This document shows, piece after piece, positions 54,729 to 64,000 of a DNA stretch of 64,000 bases (the first letter of the stretch is position 1; each line of letters begins with the position of its first letter). The notes under the pieces were generated by a model. That model worked only from the letters and a program-made list of their open reading frames with translations. It was not told where the DNA came from and made no database searches. The stretch comes from Octopus sinensis (Eukaryota), in assembly GCF_006345805.1 (NCBI RefSeq), contig NC_042999.1:125984001-126048000 (forward strand). Reading direction: 5' to 3'. A program made the translations under genes and the position numbers.

Positions 54729-55347
54729 ACAACCAAGTATCTGATACACAAAGGGGATAGAGATGCAGGTAAAGCCGTAAGATGTGACAACCGATGTAGA
54801 CTTTGTGGAGTTCACACTGACGATATCATCCACATCATAAGCAGTTGTTCGAAAATGTCATCACGGTATTATCTGCCGATGTGACATGACGTTGTAGCTA
54901 GGACACTCTATAATGAAATCCGTCTGAAGGATAATACCAAGGACAAAGAAATAAAAATCCATAGCCACTCACAATAAAAAGGAATACTGGTGGAATGCAC
55001 CAGTGAAGACCTCAATTAAATGTAAGCACAACAGACCTGATGTAATGATTTGGGATAGAGAAGAGAAACTGTGCCCACCGGGTGTTAACATAAAGCTGAA
55101 GATCAGTGAAGAAAACACCTATGCTGAACTATTGAGAAATCTGCAGCTACTCTATCCAGATTACAAGTTCAGGTTTATACCTGCAATTATTGGGGCCCTG
55201 GGATATGTTACACACTGCTCAAATACCAATCTTGAGAAATTAGGTTTCTCAAAACCAGAAAGGAGAAAGCTAATTCGAAGACTACAGCTTCAATCCATCA
55301 CTGGAATTGTAAAAATCTATAAAACTTTCCTGACGTTTATCATTTAA
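54729..55347 (+). mobile_element. RLE-class (R2/R4/NeSL group) non-LTR retrotransposon, 3' fragment
   Basis: Zinc knuckle CRLCGVHTDDIIHIISSC followed by (R>*)HD, then KHNRPDVMIWD and IPAIIGALG, the PD-(D/E)xK restriction-like endonuclease context. Frameshifted. Confidence 0.8.
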
Positions 55348-55989
55348 ATATATATGAGCATGTCTAGATATGCAACTATATGCATGAGAATACATACATA
55401 AAACATGCAAATCTACACATACATACATAAATACATACATACATACATACATACATACATACATACATACATACATACATACATACATACATACATACAT
55501 ACATACATACAAACTAAAATACCCTGTTGTTGATGTTGAAGTTCCAATGACGGAGCATTGGATCTAGGTTAGAAAACTGGCTCTTTCTCTATTGGCAAGA
55601 AATCTTGAAATAAACTGAATGATGACATCCATCGATCCATCGATCCATCGATCGATCGATCCATCCATCCATCCATCCATCCATACATACACACACAAGT
55701 GCATACATACGTCACGGCAAGAAACCTAAACGATGGCATCGATATCAAACTCATTCATTCACTAAAAGCCAACCACATGAAAATGGCCTTGTGTGTGCAT
55801 TAATATGTGTAAATGTGCGCTGTGTGTGTTTATATTTGTATACATATATATAGAGAGACATATATGCATACCTATATGCGTGCGTATGTACACACAAGTA
55901 TTCACACATATACATATAAATATATATATACGCATATATATATATATATAAATCGATATATAAATACATACATACATATATGTGTGTGT

Positions 55990-56055
<66 letters not shown>

Positions 56056-57044
56056 ATATGCCGAAACTGGTGTGTATATGAACTATGTAGTGGGTATGTA
56101 CTGAATGATAATTGCAAGAAATTAAAAATTAATTCCAGAAAATTTTACACGTTTGGAAAATCTTTGCAGATCCTTCTGGTAATGCCAGTTAATACAAGAA
56201 GCAGAGAGAGAGAGAGAGGCGGGGGAGAGTGAGAGAGAATAAGAGAGAGGTGACAGAGAGGAAGTGAAAGAGAGAGTAGTCATAAAACTTATTGAATGTT
56301 ATCGCTGGCTTTCTTTAATTTTCAGTTGAAAATTACAATGATGTTGATTGCGGCGACGACGATGACGACAACGATGATGATGATGGCTGTGATGATGATG
56401 ATGATGAAAATGATGAGTGTGACAATGATGATGACAAAGCTGGTGGTGATGGTAGTGATTGAGATGATGTAGCTTTCGTAATAAATCATTTAGCCTTCTT
56501 CTGTGTTTTTTTTAATATCTTCTTTTAAGATAAACTACTTGTGAGAGTCAACGTGTAAAGAATGTGTGACAAGTTTATAGAATTGTCAGTCTTTCAAGCC
56601 ACTACGGCTAATTCTCTCTCTCTCTCTCTCTCTCTCACTCTCTCTCACACACACACACTCTCTCTCTTCTCTTTCTTTCTCTTTCTCCTGCTGTCCAGTC
56701 GACACTGCACCTGTCACACATGAAGGAGCTTATGACATGTCTCTCAGACAAAACCATAAGTACATAGAAATAAATGTATACGGAGGATTTCTTTTCAGAG
56801 TGGTTTACACTTTACCCCCCCCCCCAAAAAAAAAACAAGTTTTGTTTCTGTGGTGTGAGTATTTAAAAACTTTTTTAGTTTGATATTTGCATAGCTATAT
56901 AATCTAATGGGGATTAATTTGTCTTAGATACTCGCCTGGATCCAATTAGTACATTCAACTATTAATTCAACTATTACGCGAATATAAGCTAATCATGTGC
57001 ATGTAAAAATTCTGTCTGCATCTCTCTTTCTTTCACTCTGTCTG

Positions 57045-57078
<34 letters not shown>

Positions 57079-57189
57079 CATATATATATATATATAAATA
57101 AATATATATATATATATATATATCTTATATTATATATATATATATATTCAAATATGAAATAAAAGCAACGCTGGTCCAATTAACATTAC

Positions 57190-57526
57190 CAACTACATAT
57201 ACTCAATGGAAACAAACCATGTATTTGCCGGTAGGCTGTGAATAGTGGGGTGGCGAATACCCACTGAAAGCGCTGGGTATTAAAACACTTGAAGGTCATG
57301 GACAGGCAAGATGACTCACCTCTAATCCCGTTTAGGAGGGATAAATCACAAAAATGGCGAAACATCGCTGTCTATCACTCCTGGACGGGATTAAAGCTGA
57401 GTTATCTCGCCTGTCCATGACTTCCAGGTGTTGTAACACTTGGCGCTTTGAGTGGGTATTCCTCACTACGCCAGGCGCAGTCTGCCGGTATATACTCGTT
57501 GCATGCACGTTAAGTATTCGTAGTTG
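57190..57526. mobile_element. Foldback/MITE with ~150-bp diverged arms
   Basis: GAATACCCACTGAAAGCGC...GTCATGGACAGGC...TAATCCCGT is mirrored in reverse complement at about 57372-57526. Confidence 0.7.
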
Positions 57527-57560
57527 ACATATATATATAGATATATATATATATATATAT

Positions 57561-57614
<54 letters not shown>

Positions 57615-57625
<11 letters not shown>

Positions 57626-58167
57626 GATAATGCGATACAATAAAATAATTATAATCGCGGTGTACCAGTACACGCCATATATTATACATATATCATTACA
57701 TTCAAGGCGAAGAGTGCACTAGATACACAATAGCTGGATAAATTTAGTGAGATGAAAATTAAAAACTTTTACAAACTAATTTCTTATACTGCAGTTTCGC
57801 CAAATCAGTAATAAAAATAGTATTATTTACTAGGCTGGCTCTTCAGTAAGATTCCTGTTAATGATGGGAAGACCATATCAATAGACCCATGTGCGTCTAT
57901 CGAAATGCCTTTCTAAACTATTCAAAACACTGCGCAGACTCAGAACAAACCCGACAAAATAGGGGATTGTGGTATATCGTCTAACGGTCAGAAATTTATC
58001 GAGAGAATATGTAAAAAAGATAAATGCGATACAATAAAATAATTATAATCGCCATATATATACATATATCATTACATTCAAGGCGAAGAGTGCACTAGAT
58101 ACACAATAGCTGGATAAATTTAGTGAGATGAAAATTAAAAACTTTTACAAACTTAACTTTTCTTATA
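57615..58167 (-). mobile_element. Retrozyme/Penelope-pLTR-like non-autonomous unit (379-nt monomer plus partial repeat)
   Basis: Direct repeats 57615-57788 and 58009-58167 flank a unique spacer that carries the HHR. Both ends lie in (TA)n. Confidence 0.65.
57783..57850 (-). ncRNA. Type I hammerhead ribozyme, canonical core
   Basis: Minus strand reads CUUA-CUGAAGA-GCCA-(33 nt with inner UAGUAA/UUACUG stem)-UGGC-GAAAC-UGCA-GUA^UAAG. Stem I CUUA/UAAG and stem II GCCA/UGGC are perfect, helix III is the palindrome ACUGCAGU, and the cleavage triplet is GUA. Confidence 0.85.
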
Positions 58168-58184
58168 TATATATATATATATAT

Positions 58185-58517
58185 AATTAAAAAGCAGCAT
58201 AAATATCACAAAAAATGTTACTCAGAGTTTCACGTTCCCGTTTGTAGGACAGCAAAATTAAAGTTATAAGCAAACATATACAATTAGTTTAATGGATTAA
58301 CATTTGAAAATGGTTTTGTATCATTGGTCCTTTCAACTAAAGAAATTTATGATATACATCTTCCTACATTACTTACTAGGTTCTTAAGTATTACGGGTGG
58401 ATGATTAGATTCTTTGCTAATATAACATAGCTTTTCATTGGGCTTACGGTAGGGTCTAAATTTATCTAATTGTAAATCCAAGTTGACACCTAGAAAATCT
58501 ACGCTTTTAAGGTTACT
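58185..58517 (-). mobile_element. Penelope-like element fragment: RT C-terminal/thumb remnant plus degenerate HHR
   Basis: 58517-58347 translates as SNLKSVDFLGVNLDLQLDKFRPYRKPNEKLCYISKESNHPPVILKNLVSNVGRCIS*, which fits the PLE pattern FLD..L....Y.KP....Y....SNHP. An HHR-like motif follows at 58216-58252 (CUGU-CCUACAA-ACG GGAA CGU-GAAAC-UCUGA-GUA-ACAU). Confidence 0.8.
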
Positions 58518-59098
58518 ACCAAGCCTGACCTTTCTTTTTTAGTTTGACTACCATCCGTGCAACATCTCTATTCCCCCCTATGCCTGTTAAATATTATGTC
58601 CCTGCCGTAAAGGCTTTACTTTCACACACGCCAGCTTAATTTAATTTGTCCTTAGTCGAAAGACACCTGTTGCTATGTCCTGTTAATTGCATTTGTAATT
58701 GTGTAAGATTTCTGTTTTTTTTTTCCGTTCTTGTTTTCGCATACATTCGCTGCTTTCTTCCAAGGAATCTAATGCTCTTAGCTTAGTTTTTCCTTGGGGC
58801 TGGCCAGATTGGAGCAAGCCAAAATCTCAAAGATAATCTGGAACTCGACTGAGGATAGAAAACTCCGAATGAGCCGTCCTTTTTTTGCATCGTCTGTTGT
58901 CTGGATGTTTTGTTTTCCCTTTTTGTATCACCTAACTGTCCGGATGTTTTGCGTTCTTGTCTCATTTTTATATTATATATATATATATATATTGGATTCG
59001 CTAGTACTGGTTGTCTGGCATGGTTTGTCCGATGTTACAGATATCGGACGGGTATGTTTGACTCTTATTATTTTCAAATCTAAATCAGAAGAAATCTC

Positions 59099-59156
59099 TG
59101 AGCTGATGAAGGAAAAGTGGCGTTTAACCCACGAATCCAGAAACAGGCTGTCCTCG
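59099..59156 (+). ncRNA. Type I hammerhead ribozyme, near-canonical
   Basis: UGAG-CUGAUGA-A-GGA-aaa-GUGG-cguuuaac-CCAC-gaa-UCC-A-GAAAC-AG-G-CU-GUC^CUCG. Stem I is GAG/CUC plus a U.G pair, helix III is ACAG/CUGU with a 1-nt loop, the triplet is GUC, and there is an A.A mismatch at the base of stem II. Confidence 0.7.
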
Positions 59157-59495
59157 GGTATCTTATATGGATGTGATCTTTCATTGTTTTTCCCTTATAC
59201 CTATGCGAGTTATTTTTCTGAGTATGCATTGTCTGGAGACTTTTACTTGCAGTTGAAGAAATAGCCAAATTTTTGGCTGCTATTTCTGATAAGTTCGGTG
59301 TGTGGTAAAGTGAATTTTTTACTTTACCATATTTTTATAAATTAATACCTCAAATATACCGTAAATGGTCTTTTTACATACCGAATACTGCTTGGTCGAA
59401 TTGATTAACAATTAATTAATTCCACCCTTTTTTACTGACTATATATATATATATATATATTTATTATATATTATATATATTATATATATAATATA

Positions 59496-59550
<55 letters not shown>

Positions 59551-60243
59551 CGGAGATGTACTCGCATAGCAAGTAATTTGATCTGAGATCGTGTGCTTCC
59601 ACGCTGCAATTGTATATATATATAATATATATATATGTATACACATACATATATATATGTATATATGTATGTGTGTGTGTGTGTTTAGACATATTGACAC
59701 TTCAAACTAGTTAGAACTCGATATACGTAATACTGATTAGTGATTGACAAAAGAACAGGAGTTACGTAATAGACAAAAGATAAATCTCCTTTCCGAAACA
59801 TATAGACTCATGAGGCCAGTTTCTCGGTTTCTGTGACTATTTATTCCCCTTTAGACGGTCGCCGCTCCGATTCAGGATTCCTCATCTTTGCCTGCTGAGT
59901 GGATTGGAGGAACGTGAAATGAAATGTTTTGGTCAAGAACACATCGTATCGCCCTGTCCAAGAATGGATAAAAAAATCGTACGATAATGAGTCCAACTCC
60001 CTAACATCTAAGCAACGCGTCGCTACCTGTAGTTACGTAATTATATTCCTTAAATTGCAGCGTCTGCTACAAGAAACTACATTCAGACCTTATTCATCTT
60101 AATGTCTCCGAGGAAGCTATAGGATGTTAGACAAACACTCAACTCAGAGTGCATTACTTCTTATTGCAGAAACAAGTTAATAATGGTTACTACGTAACTC
60201 TTGTTATTTCGACAGTCATTAATCTATATGTCTGTCTGTCTGC

Positions 60244-60274
<31 letters not shown>

Positions 60275-61531
60275 ACTGTCTGTCTGTCCGACTATCTGTC
60301 TGTCGGTCTATCTATATATCTATCTATCTGTACATATATATTACACATATATCTACTGCATACTTATAATAAATGAATAGTAGTTAAACAGAGGAAATCA
60401 TACCAGTTCCAAATCAAGTTAATCCCCAATAAATTAAATAGCTATGCAAATAATCCACGTTGGGTGTTCCATAATTAAAGTGGCGTATAACCCTTCACAT
60501 CCCCACTATATATATATATATATATATACATACACATATATACATATATATACATATATATAAGCATACACGTGTGTGTGGTTGGTTGTATGTAATATGT
60601 ATATACATGCATTGTGAGTATAGAAGCGTCTGTATATAAATATATATAATATATATATATATATATACATTCCTTGATTATAATGAAATTATATAACTTT
60701 TTACATTTATATTTTCTTTTTTCTTTCGCGTTTTTTTTTTGGGTTTCAACGTTTATTCTTGAGTTACATTTATTTCACAACTGCTTTGTTCTAACATCAT
60801 ATGTTGAGAGTAAAATATTTGCATCGTTGCAAAGAAAAACATACTAGCCATTAAAAAGACAGATGCTCCATTGCATTTAATTTTTTGTTTATTATTATCT
60901 TATTTGGAAATCAGTGTAGATAGACTTTTACCCACTAACTTTTACAGACTCTCGTTAAAGTAGAGTAAACCGCTTACACGTTGCACTCTACATTCTGGAC
61001 GGTTTGTCGTGTGGTCTACAAATTTCAGCGTTTGCTAAAACTGCTCTCAAACCGCTGTTCAAACCTAACCTCTGGCGTGATAACACTAGACATTAAATTT
61101 AGCTGTACTACAGTGAAGTTATGTCTGAGACTGCTCTGTAGCCGACTGGACAGTTAGTGTCGTATCAACTAAACGCTCCATTGTCTAATTAACATTGTAT
61201 AAGTAACAATATTTTGCTGAGTTCCTGGTCTATTAATTAACTATGTGTTTTAAAATTATTTTCTCTTTTGCCAAACTTGCTGGTTACACTATAACCACAT
61301 TACATATTACTAAAATATTATAGCGTATAAAAACTGTTCGTTACATAGGTATGATCACTTCACTGACATTTAACTTGAACGTATCTCTGGAATGAGCTAC
61401 GTTCAAATCAGTTCCAATGGACAGCATTTGTGACTCTGTTAGGAAGTTGAATTCTGTATTTTTACCACTCGTCATCTCTCTCTATCTCTCTCTCTCACAC
61501 ACACAGACATACACTCTTTCATTCTGTTTAT

Positions 61532-61595
<64 letters not shown>

Positions 61596-63565
61596 TCTAT
61601 GTATGTATGTTTACATACATGTGTGTATGTGTGTACATACATGCAAGCAAGAAGCATGCAGTCGGAAATTGAGAAACAAGACGCATTAGTACTGATACCG
61701 TCATGAACCAGCAACTGGGAAAATATTAGCAAAAATTCATACATTGTGGACAAAAGCCGAAGAACAGCCTGGTGAATACTGAAAGAGGTTAACTAGTTAG
61801 CATGGACTATTCTATTATTGCACTAACAATTGCTTACATGACAGAGGTATGCTAATATTGTGGAGTAAAGAGGTGAACTGATGAAGTACCATCAGCGTGT
61901 GGTTCCCATAAAACAGTTAATGTAACTCTATTGGTTTAACATACAGAGCTGCTGTTAAAGCTACTTCCACACGCTTCCTGAAGATGATCAAAATCAATAA
62001 CTTTAGAAGACATCTTAGAAGACATCTTTCGGAAGTAACATTAAAATGCAAGGATATATTTCCACCTCAAGTAAACAATACTACAATTCTTGTAATTTTC
62101 TTATGTTGGACATATGCACAAACAAAACAAAAAAATACTTCTGAAGTTACATGAAGGGTACCAAATTTGAATCATACTGTGCACGTAAAAGATTTTCTGC
62201 GGCAGAAACAATCATGTAAAACGTATTAAGCATGTACTTGAAATTATTCGTACCGTGAACTTCAAAATAGTTATTGATGCGAGTAAGTGTTCTCAAATCC
62301 AACACCGTCAACATTTCAATAAAGCATCAACGGGAACACGGTAAAAAGGATATAGTTTTAAAATTTGGAAACAATAACATCAAGAGAATAAGGGAAATAC
62401 ACATATTATATGATGGTCTTTCATATTTGCTGATCCGTGTACCCTGAGAAAATAGACACTGTATTAGAATTTAAAACACTGAAGGAAAAATGTCGTGTAT
62501 GGATTTTATACGCGCTACTTCATGGTTTGTAATAACATAAATTCTCCAACCACTCTTATAAATGACCGGCGGCTTTTTGGCAGCTTTAAAACAACAATCA
62601 TTCATGATCCATCTGTGTCCTTAAAATTAAACGTTCCCTCTATGAAAATAATAAATGCGTGAATGGTATCTCAAAAAACTCACGAAAGAATCTCAGACAG
62701 GTAAAAATGCTTACCCACAAAACCGAAAGAAAACCATCGTGTTTTCTCTGTATGAAACTAATAGTAGCTCGAATTTAAATCCTGTGCATATTAAATCATA
62801 CATACATATTTATATATACATATGCAGACACAAACACGCGCGCGCACACACACGCACACACATAGAGACACATACATGTATACGACTGGCTTATTCACAC
62901 GTTCCGTCTACTTATTTCCACTCAAAAGTCATTGGTCAAATTATGTAACATACATTATAATTAACCGGTTATTTATAATTTTGATATTTCTTATAGTCCT
63001 GCAAAGAGAGCGTAGAATAAACAACCAAAATGTGGAGAGCATCTCAGGTAAAAATTCTAACTTTCTCATCTAATATTCAAATATGTCTACAGAAATTGGA
63101 ACTGCAAGAGAGAAAAAAATATTTTTTCTAGGCTACCAATATATATATGTAAACATTATCACACTTATAATATGTGATGTGATTATGTACACTAGACTTC
63201 ATATAAATATTATCACAATCGTTAGTCTGATGGTGTGAATTTACTAGAATATATATAAACAGTATCACAGTTGTTATTTAACTAGTAGTTTACTCTGGCT
63301 AAATAGACTTATGATCAAAGGGCTTCCAGGCATAACGACACCCATTTTTTTTATTTAGACTGTTGGATACATGTGTAGAAATTTAGCTGGTATTTCTATC
63401 AGGCTGAGTGATGCTACAGAGGCCTGCTATGTCTCAAAGCACTAGAGTACTGTATATAAAATGTCACACTCTTTCGTTAAGGTTGCGGTTTCAATTACAT
63501 TGGGTAAATTATTGTCATTAGCAATCTTCTCATGTTTTATGTTACAAAGTACAATATATATATAT

Positions 63566-63608
<43 letters not shown>

Positions 63609-63701
63609 CCGTATCTGTTGCTCGACGACATAAAGTATATGAAACTGCACATAAACAATATCATAGGAAATATGTAACAATCACGGGTGTACTCTGCCTT
63701 A

Positions 63702-63736
63702 TTGATGAGGTCCTTTATAACTGAAACATGTCCAGA
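63702..63736 (+). ncRNA. Degenerate hammerhead motif
   Basis: UUGAUGA-GGU-ccuuuaua-ACU-GAAAC-AU-GUC^CAGA. Helix III is the palindrome ACAUGU, but C3 is changed to U and stem I is out of register. Confidence 0.35.
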
Positions 63737-63789
63737 ATTACAGAATTGTCATCGTACTGCTACAGATCAAACCCACTAATTGCATTCCA

Positions 63790-63975
63790 TACCTAATTAG
63801 AACTAATTTCAAAATTTGACAAACGGTCAGCAATTTCGGGGGAGGGGTAAGTCAATTTCATCGACCCCAATGTTTAAAGTTGACCTCAACGAAATTTGAA
63901 CTCAGAACGTGTATACAGATGAAATGCCGCAAAGCATTTTGCCTGGTGCGCTAGTGATCCTGCCATCTAGCCGTC
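63790..63975 (-). mobile_element. SINE family A, internally deleted
   Basis: GAAATTTGAACTCAGAACG and ATCGACCCC motifs. Confidence 0.65.
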
Positions 63976-64000
63976 GACACCAGTACGTAACCGGTGCTTA

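Overview
AT-rich, microsatellite-dense eukaryotic DNA. The SINE families look like those of octopus/coleoid cephalopods, but this is an inference from recalled repeat content and was not checked by a search. I found one host coding exon: a 269-bp minus-strand internal exon of a Wnt7-subfamily gene (33075-33343) with clean splice sites. No other Wnt exon was found, so the window is probably mostly two very large Wnt7 introns. The rest is transposon material: three tRNA-headed SINE families, decayed Tc1, maT and mariner elements, MITEs, a head-to-tail Helitron dimer, an RLE-type non-LTR fragment and a Penelope-like RT fragment. The most notable signal is about a dozen minimal hammerhead-ribozyme (HHR) motifs with palindromic helix III, several arranged as inverted pairs in short foldback elements. 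One has a fully canonical core (57783-57850, minus strand) and lies in a 379-nt retrozyme-like unit whose terminal repeat starts at the predicted cleavage site. A 100-N gap lies at 20949-21048. SINE boundaries are approximate, and all structures were read by eye without folding software.
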